From: the human T2T-CHM13v2.0 reference genome, Homo sapiens
DNA: 64,000 nucleotides
Reading direction: 5' to 3' (one strand)
NCBI RefSeq assembly: GCF_009914755.1
Contig: NC_060945.1
Shown: piece by piece, positions 13,281 to 26,875 of the stretch
Layout of the letters: every line of letters begins with the position of its first letter
Position numbering within the stretch: position 1 is the stretch's first letter
Position numbers and translations under genes: made by a program
Notes under the pieces: model-generated
The model's input: the letters and a program-made list of their open reading frames with translations, nothing else
Told to the model about the DNA's origin: nothing
The model's database searches: none

Positions 13281-15064
13281 ATACTTATCTTCTCATTTGA
13301 ATGAATAACTTTTAACCTTGAAATATAAAGGAATTTGCTAGGTCACACTGACTAATTACAAAGGTTAAATTGATTAAAGTTTCTGTACTTAGGTTTGCCT
13401 GATAAAATATTTAAAAACTATGTATTTTGGTTTAATAAGCCTGGCTACTGTAGCTGTACTTCAGAGAATTTTATAAAATGTTTCAGAAAGAAGAATGAAT
13501 TTTTATGTTACCAAATCCATACATACAACACTAGGCACTGGGTGACTGCCTCCATCACAATGCTTAGAATATATTATCCCATAATCAGAGTTCTTTTATA
13601 TAAGGATGATAGGAAAATAATTGACAAATGCATTTAAATCAATCTAAAAATGTTGGAGGAATAAGAATTCACTAAGTTTATATCAATGCTTATAGAATGA
13701 AAATCAACCATTATAAAAGCATTTATTTGTTGTATCTTTTATTTTAAAAGCAATTCATTATAGCTAGACCTAACTAATAAGCAAACTATGTTGCAACTAG
13801 GATCAGAATCAACATTGAGCCTAGTCAGTGAAAAGGCACATGAAAATTAAATTTATCAAGAAAAAGTTTGCTTTGCAATGTACTACATAACTGTGTTCAA
13901 CTTAGAAAATCATTTGTAAGAAACAGCAGATATTTGCCTCGACTTCAGAATATGATCCTTAAAAATGAAATCTGAAACATTTTACATTGCATCCTTGATT
14001 TCTGAAATAAATATAATTCAGGATACAACTGTCTTCCCATAAGAATTACTTTCTTAACTTTAACCATAAATTAAAGTGACCAAAGATTGTATGAATCGTA
14101 TAGCATCGAGATAATGAATAAAATCTTCAACTCTAAGTTGCAAGAAGATGCAAAATATTTTTTTTCCTCTAAGGAGAAGCTGATCACTTACCTTCTGGCT
14201 TCTTCTTAATATATTCACATATATTAATTAGCATCAATTTTGAAAATCAAAGTAAATATTTATTTACTATGTGGATGATGGGAATATGAAAACCACAAAG
14301 GCTCACCATTACTCTGGCCAATATTCTTATAGTCAATAAACATATTTCCTTGAGAAAACTACAATGGTTACCCCTATTCAAGGAGGAACTATAGAATTTT
14401 GAGATATAATGGAAGTTGTAGAGTAGTATTTCATTGAGTAAAGATATCTTCAAGGGGCAATAATAAGAGAAGCTTATAACATACAAAATAATGATGATGT
14501 AGCAACTGAGAAAACTCCTTTAATACTCTGATATTTCTTCCCCCCTTCCTCCCTGCTGCTCTTCTCATTTCTTCATTTTTCATGCATCATTCTTACATTC
14601 TCCTTCTGCATCTGCCTTCTTTTCTCTTCCTCTGTGGTTCTGCATGATGTTTCTATTTTCCCTCTTTATATGGCTTACGTATGTTTTGGATGTCTCTTCT
14701 TTCTGTTCACATCACGTGTATTTGATTTTCAAAGCCAAATCCAAATAGTAGTATCCTTTTTCTTCTAAATTGAAATAGTGCTTACATGTCCAGACCATTT
14801 CAACCCACCTTTTACATTATCATATACCTATCAGAGGCATATATCAGGCTCTCCATCAACTTAGACATTTTTGTGTATACATTCTACAGCTATAGGTATG
14901 CAAACACTTCAAAAATATAACTAATCATTGAATTCTGCACAACCCTTAAGCACTTATATTGATTAAAATAAATTTTTGAATAAACAGTTTTGTTCCGAAC
15001 TACAATTTACAAGTTTCAGAGATTGCAATTAATTTTGCAATTAAATTACTCTTGATTTACACTT

Positions 15065-16640
15065 ACTTTTATTATTTATTACATTGATACATTAGGCTTG
15101 CACACATTTATGGGGTACATATGAAATTTTGTTACATGTGTAGAATATGTAGTGACCAAGGCAGGATATTTAGGGTATCCATCAGTCTTAGTATTTACAA
15201 TTGCTATGTTTTTGAAAGATTTCATGTCCTCTCTTCTTGGTATTTTGAAACATACAATTCACTGTTCATGTATAAACTATAGTCAGGGTATTTACTTGCC
15301 TGTGTGTACTTGTCTGGTTTTTGTATCAGGATAACGCTGACCTCAGAGAATAAGCTAGAAAGAATTTTCTCCTCTTCAGTTTTTTGTAATAGTTTGAGTA
15401 TAATTGGTATTGATTTTTATACATTTGGTAGAATTTGACAGTGAAGCCATCTGCTTGGGGCTTTTCTTTCTTGGGAGACTTTTTATTACTGATTCAATCT
15501 TGCTACTTGTTATTGGTCTGTTCAGCTTTTCTATTTCTTCTTGAATCAATCTGAGTAGGTTGTGTATGTACTGGAATTTATCCATTTGCTCTGGGTTGTT
15601 CAGTCTTTTTTAACACGTAGTTATTCATAACAGTCTCCAGTGATCTTTTGCATTTCTGTGGTATCAGTTGTAATGTCCCGGTTAGTATTTCTGATTTTGT
15701 TTATTTGGGTCTTATATCTTTTTTGATTGGTTAGTCTAGCTAGCAGTTCATTGATTTTATCTCTTTTAAAAGTCAACTTTTTATTGCACTGATCTTTTGT
15801 ATTGGTTTTTTAGTCTTTATTTCATTTAGTTCTGCTCTGATCTTTATTATGTCTTTCCTTCTACTAATTGTGGTTTTGGTTTTTTCTTCCTTTTTTAGTT
15901 TCCTGAGGTGCATTGTTAGATTGTTTATTTGAAATCTTCCTACTTTTTGATGTAGGCATTTATTGCTATAAACTTCACTCTTAGCACTGTTTTTGCTGTA
16001 TGCTATAGGTTTGGGCATACTGGGTTTCCATTTTTTATTTGCTTTAAGAATTTTTTAAAAAAATTTTCATCTTAATTTCTTCTTTGACCCAACGGTTGTT
16101 TAAAGCATGTTTAGTTTCCATGTATCTGTATAGTTTTCAATGTTCCTCTTGGCATTGATTTCTAGTTTTATTCCAATGTGGTTTGAGAAAATACTTGATA
16201 TGATTTTGATTTTTTAAAGTTTGTTGATACTTTTATGTGGTCTAACATATGGTTTATTCTGGAGAATATTCCATATGCTGATGAGAGGAATGTGTATTCT
16301 GCGGTTATTGGCTAAAATGTTTTTGAAATGTCTGTTAGGTCTATTTGGTCTATAGTACTGTTTAAGTCTGATGTTTTCTTGTTAATTTTTGTCTAAGTTA
16401 TTTGTTTAATGCTGGGAGTCTGGTATTGAAGTTCCCAATTATTATTGTATCAGACTCTAGCTCTCCCTTTAGATAGGAATATTTGCTTTATTTATCTGAG
16501 TGCTTCAGTGCCAGTTGCATATATGTTTAAGACTGTTATAGCCCCTTGTGGAATGAATCGCTTTATCATTATATAATAACCTTTTTGTTTATTTTTACTG
16601 TTTTTAGCTTAAAGTCTGTTTTATTTGATATAAGTATAGC
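15065..16640 (-). mobile_element. L1MA4/5-like element with large internal deletion
   Basis: L1MA 3' end (15065-~15285) joined directly to the ORF2 N-terminal half (frames LIQEEIEKLNRPITSSKIESVIKSLP; ISRRKDIIKIRAELNEI). Confidence 0.85.
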
Positions 16641-16645
16641 CTCTC

Positions 16646-17019
16646 TGATATGGTTTGGCTCTGTGTCCCCACCCAAATATCATCATGAATTGTAATTCTT
16701 ATAATCCTGAAGTGATGTGGGAGGGACCCAGTGGAAGGTAATTTAATCATGGGGGCCGGTTACCCTCATACTGTTCTCATGATAGTGAGTTCTCACAATA
16801 CCTGATGATTTTACAAGGGGCTTTTTCCCCTTTGGTTTGGCACTTTTCCTTCCTGCATCCATGTGAAACAGGATGTGTTCACTTCCCTTTCCACCATGAT
16901 GGTAAGTTTCCTGAGGCCTCCCCAGCCCTGCAGAACTGTGAGTCAATTAAACCTCTTTTCTTTCTAAATTACCCAGTCTTGGGCAGTTCTTTATAGCAGT
17001 GTGAGAATGGATTAATGCA
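16646..17019 (+). mobile_element. THE1 (THE1C-like) solo LTR
   Basis: tgatatggtttggctctgtgtccccacccaaat...gaatggattaatgca; perfect 5-bp TSD CTCTC (16641-16645 / 17020-17024). Confidence 0.95.
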
Positions 17020-18148
17020 CTCTCCGTTCATATTAATAGCCTTGTGCCTTAACTACTATTACTCTACATCATGGACCCTATGGTTCTGCCATGCCCCCGT
17101 GAGGAACTAGGGCAACATAGATGAGCTGTGCAACTCTATTGTTTTTCTTTACTCACTCTCTCTTTACACATGTATTCTATGCAATTCTTGTTTCCTGGTT
17201 TAGTAATAAATCAAATTTCAAGTGAAATAAGTCTAATTATTAGTCATGCCAGCTGGCAGACCCAAACATTCTTTGACTGAGTCCAGACCAGCCCTTTGCA
17301 ATTCATTTTAACTAATAGCACTGCTTCGTGTTGTATTTGTTTTATATTACAACTAATAATATCTATGTTCATTGGCTTTTAATTTTATTATAAGGAACCT
17401 CATAATTTAGAAATAATTTGAGAAAAATACTAAGAAGCATATCTCCAGGACTAATATTTTGCAAAAGACAAATCCTGTAACTACAACTCTCTATCAGACT
17501 TTCCTACTTTCATGTCCAACGTAAGTTAGAAAATAGACTCACATTCAAAATTGTCCTGTATGTTTCTATTCCTTTTCTTCCTCCAGCTTCATATTTTTTT
17601 CTCAACATTTTAAATTTTAGGTACTTAAATTCTCCCTCATCTTTGATCACCATAGAATTTTATAAAGTTGGTGGATCATAGAGATAATATAGTCCAAGCT
17701 AAAGTCCATAAATATCCTGCATTTACATATTGAATTTTTAGCTTTACAATGTCTACATTAATAACAGATTCTATAGTTTGCTTTTCCATTCCAGTTCTGC
17801 TACTATCATAAGAAAATGGCTTTATTTCCTCATACATACCTATTATTGTAATGACCTCTAATTAATGAAGCTTCTCGTTTCCCTTTTAGTGATGAGAATA
17901 AAGTGATATTAATATTTTCCTCATGTATGTTTGTTATATGGCTTATCAATTTTTACAAACTTAAATTTAAAATTATCTTAAAAGAATTGCTGGTATGCAA
18001 TCTTGTTTCTTATATGGGAATATGAAGTGATGATTATGAAGGACCTAGCTGGAAACATTCATTAGTTGACATGTAAAATATAATTTGAATACTTAGTAGA
18101 ACAAGGTTTTAGTTAGCTGGCCGCCGCTCACCAGGAGTATAAAGTTAT

Positions 18149-18511
18149 TGCTGTGGTCTGAATGTTTGTATCCCTTCAAAATTTCTATGTTAAAACCTAA
18201 TCACCAATGTGATGGTGCTAAGGAGCAGCACCTTTGGAAGGTGATGGGGTTATGTAGAGAAAGTCCCCATTAATGAGACTATGGTCCTTATCAAAGAGAA
18301 CCCAGGCACTGCCTTTTCTTTTTCACTATTTAAAGACATGGGGAGAAGGCACTATCTATGCACCAGAAAGAGGGCCCTCCCCAGACACCGAATCTGCTTA
18401 CACCTTGGTCTTAGACTTCCAAGCTTTCAGAACTATGAGAAATAGATTTTTGTTGTTATAAGCTACCCAGTCTATGGCATTTTGTTATAGCAACCCAAAT
18501 AGACTAAAGTA
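18149..18511 (+). mobile_element. MaLR solo LTR (MLT1A/MSTD-like)
   Basis: tgctgtggtctgaatgtttgt...ttttgttatagcaacccaaatagacta; TSD GTTAT (18144-18148 / 18512-18516). Confidence 0.9.
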
Positions 18512-19309
18512 GTTATTATAAAATAGGTTGTAAGATAAATATGAATGTGATACAGAGTGGAGTACCCCATTAACAAAATCCAGGCAATAAACAGGAGTGA
18601 AATATGTTATTGGAAAGAGAACATTAGATAAACAGGCAAAGGCTGAACATGAAAAGAGTCTGAGTTTGTTCACTAGCATGTCAATTAGAAGTGCAGTAGG
18701 AAAATTGTTTAAAATCATGCCAACAATATAACCAACCAGTAACTACAAGCAAGTCCTCCTCATTATTTCATTCAGTCTTGCTTATTCCAAAGAATCTTGG
18801 GTCTGCCGTCTGCTCTCATCAAGTACATTTGCTTCCAGACTTGAGAGTCTTAGAATTTGTAATGCAGCCTACCATGGCAGCCTGAAAGTTTTCTAAGCCA
18901 TATCATTATGAAAGTCTGTGCCCAAAGAGTCTGTTTTATTAAGCACAATTACTGGGCAACTAAATAATTTCTAACTAGTCTGAGCAGTGTAACATTGATT
19001 ACTAAGAATAATTTTAATCTTATTTACTTTTGCTTCTAATTCTTCTATGCTATATGATGGTTCAAGTTTGTGACCATGTGAATGAACATGTTAAATTTGT
19101 CACACTAAGGTATAATGGGGTGTGTGCTTAAAGGAAATTGTTTTAGGTGTTCTTGTGTAGACTATACACTTTTGTACTTATTTGTTCCTCTTCCATGAAA
19201 TATATTTGTCAAGTGGGAAGAAAATTCCAATTTACATAAAACTTCATTAAGCCTGGGACTCTAACTCAATAATAAATACGGAACTGAACTGAGTACTTTA
19301 CTCTAGATG

Positions 19310-19492
19310 ATTAGTTATTAAGCATTAGCACATATCAGATCCATCTGGAGGGCTCGTTAAAATACAAACTGCTGAGATTCATCCTCAGAGTTTTTGATTC
19401 AGTAGGTCTTGACATGCAATTTTGCATTTCTCTTAAGTTTACACAGTAAAGCTAAAATTGCTGGTTCAAGGCCCACACTTTTATAACTGTTG
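19310..19492. mobile_element. MER5A (hAT-Charlie) DNA transposon remnant
   Basis: catctggagggctcgttaaaatacaaactgctg...cagagtttttgattcagtaggtct...tttgcatttct. Confidence 0.8.
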
Positions 19493-19527
19493 CACTTTTT
19501 GCCTTTTATAATATCCAAGTGGCCTCT

Positions 19528-20537
19528 TGATGCAATGATAGAGGCAGGAGTCTGAGAAATTCTAGGCAGACAGGGGCAGGTCCCTGGCAAAATCCCATCC
19601 CTGAGTCAAAAAGCCTGAAACCCAATGGCCCGAAGTGAGAACTTCCATCCCTGTGTACCCGCTCTCTCCCGATTGGTTCTTTCTGAATAGAATATTTTTA
19701 CCAATTGAATGTTGCTTTTTCCATAACCACCTACAGCCCACCCTGCCCCAATTCTGTGCCTATAAAGACCTCAGGCTCAGCCAGCAGAGAGGAAAAGTGG
19801 CTGGATGTTGAGAGAGGCAGTTTGACTCCAGAGATGGCAGCTGGATGTCGGAAAGCAGCAACTTGACTTCACAAGAGAGAGGCAGAGGTGACTTAATATC
19901 AGAGGAGAGCAACCTGCCCTTCCCATCCCCTTTCCATCTCCCCTCTTGCTGAGAGCCGCTCTCGTCACGCAATAAAATTCACCACATTCACCATCCTTCA
20001 ATTTATATTTGCGACCTCATTCCTCTTGGGCACCGGACAAGAATTTGGGATGCACCAAGTGTGGACACCCACAAAGGCTGTCACAGTGGCCCTTTGCCAT
20101 TGCCAGCAGAGGGCAGCTGCCCCATGCAATAAGCCAAAGGGCTGGCTGAGCTGATAACACACTGCTTTCTGTGGATGGCGGCGGAGCTAAAAGAGTATTG
20201 TAACATGCCCTCTGGGGCCTTGGGGAACCCCACCTGGATCCTGCCAAGAGGCCTGCATGAAGTTTGCTCCTGCCAGCACTAAAGCAGCCAGTTTTTTCCT
20301 GCACTCACTCACCTGCACACTTCCTCCTGCGATGGGTGGGACACAGTCAACCTGAGTGAGCAGAGTTTGCTCATGCAGGCACCTAAATTGCTGGCAAGTT
20401 CCTGAGCTCATTCGCTTCAATTCCCGTACTCATTTGCATGGGTGCTCCCTCCCACAAGGGGTTGAACAGGACAGGTTGAGTAAATGGTGCACCCCTCTTT
20501 TGAGTCCCACCAAGGGTCAAGAAAATATCCTGCATCA
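19528..20537 (+). mobile_element. ERV1 solo LTR (LTR28-like)
   Basis: Inverted termini tgatgca...tgcatca; near-TSD ctct/cttt; gattgg and ccaat boxes, TATAAA at 19761, AATAAA at 19971 (U3-R-U5 layout). Confidence 0.85.
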
Positions 20538-20724
20538 CTTTGTCAACTTATGCCACTTAAAGGACATGCTGCCTACTTTAGACTTATTTACAAGTTTGCA
20601 TAATTTTTAGACATAGACAACGCCGTTTATCTCTGCAATTACTATCAATTCTAACCTAGGAAGCACCAAGTTAATGGCAATAAAAAAAAAAAGAATAAAC
20701 AACTGTTTCCAGCAACAAGGTGAC

Positions 20725-22054
20725 TGTACCAGTAATTAATTTATTGCCTTCCAGAGGCAAATTCACTATTGCCTGTTCTGAGAAAAAGAATCTGGGCCCT
20801 TCAAATAGCTGCCAGAATGTAAAAACTTGCCAGCAGATGGTGGTGGAGAGATGCTGGAGGTGGAAGGGATTTCATCCCAGGTCTGGTATGCTCCCTCATC
20901 AGGCTCTCACAGTGGAACACACCTTCTCCAACACCTGGCTCCTGTTCAGCAGCACCCAGAGACCATCAGCTTCCTTTTGCACTCCTTTCAGATAATTTAG
21001 CAGTTGAGTCTCTCTGGAAAAATCAATAGCTTTCCATGACACCCCAGAGGATGAATCTCCTGCCTGCCCAAAAGGCATATTTTCAGCAATTTCTTCCAGT
21101 ACAGCCCCACTGCAACTACTCTGCCACCCAGTGAGAGCCACATTCTCTTTTCTTTTTTTTCTTTTTTTTAATTTTTGATTTCCAACTTTTAAGCTCAAGG
21201 GAACATGTTCAGGATATAGAGTGTGCAGTTTGGTACATAGGTAAACATGTGCTTTGTGGTTTGCTGCACAGATCATCCCATCACCTAGGTATTAAGCCCA
21301 GCATCCATTAGCTGTTCTTCCTGATGCTCTCCCTCCTCCCATGCCCCACCCTCCAACAGGCCCTAGTCTGTGTTGTTCTCTCCCCGGCAATTGGCAATTC
21401 CTCAAAGACTTAGAGGCAGAAATACCATTTGACCCAGCAATCCCATTATTGGGTATATACCCAAAGGAATATAAATCATTCAATCAGGAACATATACGCA
21501 TGTGTACGTTCACTGCAGCACTATTCACAATAGCAAAGACATGGAATCAACCTAAATGTCCATCAATGATAGACTGGATAAAGAAAATATGGTACATACA
21601 CACCATGGAATACTATGCAGTCACAAAAAGGAATGAGATCATGTCTTTTGTAGGGACATGGATGGGGCTGGAAGTCATTATCCTCAGAAAACTAATGCAG
21701 GAACAGAAAAACCAAACAGTGCATGTTCTCACTTATATGTGGGAGCTGAGTGTTGAGAACACATGGACACATGGTAGTGAGCCACATTCTTACCCTTTCC
21801 AATAAGGCTTGAATCTCATCTTGGTAGGGAGGGAGCAGTCTTACTGGATGCTGTATTTCAGCACCAGGGATTGGAGAACACTCCCTCACTTTTGCATCAG
21901 CTAATCCTGTACTCTATAAAATTCTTTTCATTTATTACAATCCTATTCCTCCATACACAAATCTCCTGTTAAAATTAATAACTTTTATATCAAACTTCCT
22001 CTGTTCACATTACTGTGTTGGTTTCTCCCTCCTGATTGGATCACAACTGATACA
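20725..22054 (+). mobile_element. ERVL LTR41-like solo LTR, split by an L1
   Basis: tgtaccag...ttattgcct...ctgggcccttcaaata and 3' end aaacttcctctgttcacattactgtg...actgataca; the halves rejoin at the L1 TSD. Confidence 0.75.
21147..21778 (-). mobile_element. Short 5'-inverted L1 (L1PA10/11-like)
   Basis: Poly-T plus minus-strand 3' end at 21147-21385; plus-strand ORF2 C-terminus at ~21390-21775 (WQFLKDLEAEIPFDPAIPLLGIYP); TSD gagccacattct (21135-21146 / 21779-21790). Confidence 0.92.
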
Positions 22055-22227
22055 ATTGGGTTAAATACTTTTTCATAAAATAAATTATTAAATCCATTCC
22101 TTTAGTGTGTAAGTATTTAGAGTTTACAAATTACTGAGATTTAATTCTACAAATTATACATATTTACAATCTAGGTGAAGGCACTCAAGAGATATTTAAA
22201 CATTTCCCCTCTAAGACATCAGTTTAA

Positions 22228-22238
22228 AGAAAGACAAA

Positions 22239-22290
<52 letters not shown>

Positions 22291-22292
22291 AA
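22228..22292. repeat. (GAAA)n microsatellite
   Basis: Seen directly. Confidence 0.97.
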
Positions 22293-22329
22293 ACCCTTTG
22301 CTAGCACAAAACAGTCCCCAAAACCTTAC

Positions 22330-22965
22330 TGTTGGGGTTGAGAAACTGATACCTCCTATGGCACTTTGGAATGCTGAGTACTTTGAATCAAAGGAGTTGA
22401 AAGACCATAGAAGCAACTTCAGAACCAATGTCACTCTGACCTCCTGCTCTTCTGTCTCTTACCCTCTTTCTCCTGCAATAGTGCAAGGAGGGGCTCTCCC
22501 TGAACTTTCCTTATCTGTCTAAAGATTGGCCCTCTAGAAAGAATACACTTGTCATGAGTGTTTTTCCTGGGAATCTCATCAGCCAGGGAAAAGTAAAAGT
22601 ATCACAGGGGAGGAAACTGAAAGTTGACAACATGCCCAGGCAGATTTTATCACAGACTATCGCCTCTTTTTCTGAGACTGTTTATTACCTGAAAGACCTT
22701 TTGTTTGCATAACAAGACAACCTTTGTTCACCCTGCATTTTCTCCCCTCACTCTCCCATAACTTGTGTCACCACCAACCCTAGAATCCCCAGGCCTGTAT
22801 TCCTTTCTTCAGCTCAAGATGTTATATATGTTTCAATCATCTGCCCCCTTTTCAAGTCTCATATTTTGTGGGACTCCTATGTGTATGCAAATAATTAAAA
22901 TGTTTTTTTCTCCTGTTAGTAATTATCAAACCTTCAGAGGATAAAGAAAGTTTCCTTTCTCTATA
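22330..22965 (+). mobile_element. ERV1 solo LTR (MER34/MER39/LTR48 group)
   Basis: tgttggggttgagaaactgatacc...atggcactttggaatgctgagtactttgaa start; aaccttcagagg...aaagtttcc end. Confidence 0.75.
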
Positions 22966-23563
22966 TTAATAATCTCTAGTCCCAACATTCCATTCCTCAT
23001 TCCCCAGCATTCACACACACATTTCCATGCTGCTTTTCAACAAAAAGTTTTATTTCCTGCAGTGTAGCAAAATAACATGATTCTAAGTTCTCTTTTATAA
23101 AATCTGTTAGCTATTATAATTCCTTCACTCACTTTCCCCTTTGTAATAAATTTTTCCCCATCCATTAAAATAATATGGGCTTAGTAGAATGCTTAAAAAA
23201 TAAAGATCCACATGAAAAATTTAAAGTCATGTATAAACATATAATTTAGTGATAATTAGTGTTAACATTTTGGCTCATTTTCTCTTTGCCTTTGTAAAAT
23301 TACATTAGTCTTGGATTTGTTTCTTTTCCTACCCCTATCACAAAAGATGCTCCTCTTCATCCATGGTTACTATTTTAGTGTGCCCTAAAGGATATCACAG
23401 CTGATATGTCAGGCTACAGTTGTAACTTCCCTAAAATTATGACCTTCTTCTATCGTTGATGTTGTCACCACGTGGTAATGAAATCTTAGGATATTATAAA
23501 TAGTTTGGTATTTGATTCTCATATTTAATAATGAATCTAGAGATTTCAGGGAAGAAATAAAGT

Positions 23564-23923
23564 TGATATTGTTTGGATATTTGTTCCCTTTAAATGTCAT
23601 CTTGAAATTTGATCCTCAGTGTTGGAGGTGGAGCTTAGTGAAAGGCATCTAGGTCATGCAGCACTCCTAGCACCTCCAAGGTCTGCTTTTTCAAAAGAGT
23701 CTGGAGCCTCCCTTTATTCACTTTTTCCTTCTCTCTCACCGTGTGTTGGTTTCTCTCCTTTCCCTTCTGCCATGAGTGAAAACTTTCTGAAGCCCTCATC
23801 AGAAGCAGATGCTGGTACCATGCTTGCACAGCCTGCACGAGTGTAAGCCAAATAAACCTCTTTTCTTTATAAATTCCTCAGCCTCATAGTATTCCTTTAC
23901 AGCTATGCAAATGGACTAAGACA
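23564..23923 (+). mobile_element. MSTB-like solo LTR
   Basis: tgatattgtttggatatttgt...agccaaataaacctcttttctttataaatt...atggactaagaca; near-TSD aaagt/agagt. Confidence 0.9.
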
Positions 23924-24509
23924 AGAGTTGATCCCCTTCAACCACACAGAAAAAGACTTCCACTTTGTTGAATTTGCTTCATTTACAAACAAAACTCTAA
24001 TAATAATAGCATACAGAGAATTAAAGAATACAATTGATCATATGCACTGACTTAGAAAAGGAATGCACATGGGATGGCAAAATAGAGAAGGCTTCTTGTG
24101 AGTGTGTGGGGGAGGCAGGATAGGGTTATCTGGGTCTTTAAAAAAACACTTGACTTAAGCAGAGAGGGCTATGAGAGGGCTTAATAAAAGTACAGAGGTA
24201 GAAATACAGAAGAGGTATAAAAATAACAAATAGTCTTATGTGATTACAACTTGACATATGTAATTTAGCGGAAGCATTTTCTACTTCTGAAACAAATTAT
24301 GATTAACACTTCCTGTAATAGGTTTATAATTATGTAAACCTATTTAAATCAATCATTTGCACAACAAAATGAATGAATTAATTTGTTGCAGCTGTGTTTA
24401 CTGAGGCACACATGTAAAGCAATTTTAAATGTTGTCAAGTAACAATGATTTCGTTTCATGACTCACACTAAGTGAGAAATTCTGATTTTTTTAAGACAAA
24501 GTTTAAAAA

Positions 24510-25580
24510 ATCAAAAACTTAAAACTCCTGGAACTAAAAGCATAGAAGAAAAGCTTCATGACATAGGACATGACAATGTGTTCTCACATATGACACCAAA
24601 GCACAGGGAAAGAAAGCAAAAGTAGAAAAGGGACTATATCAAACTCAAAAACTTTTGTGCATTGAAGGACACACCTAACAGCCTGAAAAGGCAACCTATG
24701 GAGTAGGAGAAAATATTTGCAAATCATATATATCTATACATATATATGGATATGATAGTAAATTGTTATACAGAAAATATAAAAAGAACTTCTATAACTC
24801 AATAACAAAAATCAAATAACTTATTTTTTTAAATGGGCTAAGGACTTGAATAGATATTTCTCCAAAAGTAATACGCAAATGGACCACAGTCATATAAAAC
24901 AAATATTTGACATCATAAATAATTAGGGAAATGCAAGTTAAAATCACAAGATATCATCTTACATTCACTAGTATGACTGCTATCAAAAAAATGAAACAAA
25001 ACAGAAAATAACAAATGTTAGTGAGAATGTGGAGAAATTGGAACCCTAGTACACTGTTGGCGGGATTGTGCAACCACTATGCAAAAATTATAAAAAATTA
25101 AAAATAGAACTACCATATTACCCAACAATTCCACATCTGGGATTTTAACCAATACTTTTAACCAAAAGTATTGAAAGAAGAGTCTCAAAGAGATATTTGA
25201 ACACTCATGTTTATAGAAGCACTATTTAAAACACCAACAAGTAGAAGCAGCCCAAATATCCATTGACAAGTGAATGGATGAAGGAAATGTAGTATATACA
25301 CATACAATGGAATATTATTCACCCCTAAAAAGGAAATCTTGTCACATACTACAGCAGGGATAAGCCTGAATGATATGCTAAATAAATAAGCCAGTCACAA
25401 TAAGACAAATACTGTATGATTCAACTTCTATAAAATGGTGATTACTAGGGACTGAGGTGAAAAAGTTCTAGATATATGTATTACAACAATTTGAATATAC
25501 TTAAAACTACTGAATTGCACTCTTAAAATGATTAAAATGAAGAAAATACATGTTTTTAACTACAATTTAATTTTTTTTAA
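24510..25580 (+). mobile_element. Old L1 3' fragment (L1MB/L1MA9-like)
   Basis: ORF2 3' region (aggcaacctatggagtaggagaaaatatttgcaaatcatata) through the 3' UTR (actactgaattgcactcttaaaatg). Confidence 0.85.
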
Positions 25581-26494
25581 ATCACAAATTTAGTGATAGG
25601 TATGTGGCTTTATAGATGTTTTAATCCAAACTTCACATTTTAACAATAAAAGTACTAGGACCTTAGAAGATGGGTGACTGGTTTCAGATTATCCAGTCAA
25701 GATGAAAATTTATGCCTTCCAAATTACCACATCTTAGGTGTCTTCATCTGCTAGCTTAATCCCAGGTTGTTCCTGGACTATCTCTACATCAAGCAGTGAA
25801 AGCTTAACTCCCTTCATGTTTTACGATGGATAAATATGTGAGGTGAAAATCAAGAGGCTAGCATTGACCCAATGTACATCATCTATCAAGGAGACAATGT
25901 TCGTTTGTGCTTTGATGAATCTCTAAGACAACATTGTCATGATTTTGTTTTCATCACACATTTGCATTAGGTACTCTCATTGCTTAAAGTCTCCTGGCCA
26001 CATTTCTAAATGTAAACATTCAGATAATCCGGGTCATTATAACCTTCAGTATAAAATCCAAGATTTAAAGAATACAAACACTTCTTGGTATATACATCTG
26101 GTATGTGCAACACACACACACATACACACACACACACACAATGACTGATAGGCCAGCTCTTCACTTTAACTTTATTTAATGTCAGTTTCTATAAATTGGT
26201 TAGGAAATGCTAGTAGAGTGAGATAAAGGAAATTAAAATTGTAGGTATCATTTCCACAAAGCAGGTGCCACTCTCAAAGCTTTGCTATTCCTTGATCCAC
26301 CCGGTCAAGGACACTGACATTATGTGGTAAAGGGAGAAAACGTCAGGGCTTGATTGGAGGGGAGGAAAGTAGAAGACAGAGTGGAATCAGGTAGGTGTTA
26401 GAGATAAAAATGGTCAAAAAGAACTAGGGAGCTCAAACGAAATCAGATTCATACTGCAGAGTAAATACTTGCTTTGGAGTCTCTTATTGAGCAC

Positions 26495-26875
26495 TGAATA
26501 TCGTAGTGCAGGCCGCTATAACAGAGGTCATAGACTGGGTGTCTTAAAAACAGCAGAATTTTATTTCTCATAGGTCTGGAGCATGGAAGTCCAAGATCAG
26601 GCTGCCAGCATGGCCATGTTCTCCTCCATGGTTAAGGGTCTCTTCTGGGCTGCAGACTGCCATCTTCAAATCTTGTATCTTCACATGGCAGAAAAAAAGA
26701 TCAAGAAAGGTCTCTGGGATCGCTTTTATAAAGGCATTGATCCCATTAATGAAGGTTCCACTCTTATGACCTGATGACCTCCTCAAAGCCTCACATCGTA
26801 ATAACATCACATTGGGGTTACGATCTCATCATATGAATTTGCAGGGGAGGGACAAAAACATTATACCTATAATAA
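26495..26875 (-). mobile_element. MLT1A-like solo LTR
   Basis: gctataacagaggtcatagactgggt...ggaagtccaagatcaggctgccagca...catcacattggggtt. Confidence 0.85.
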
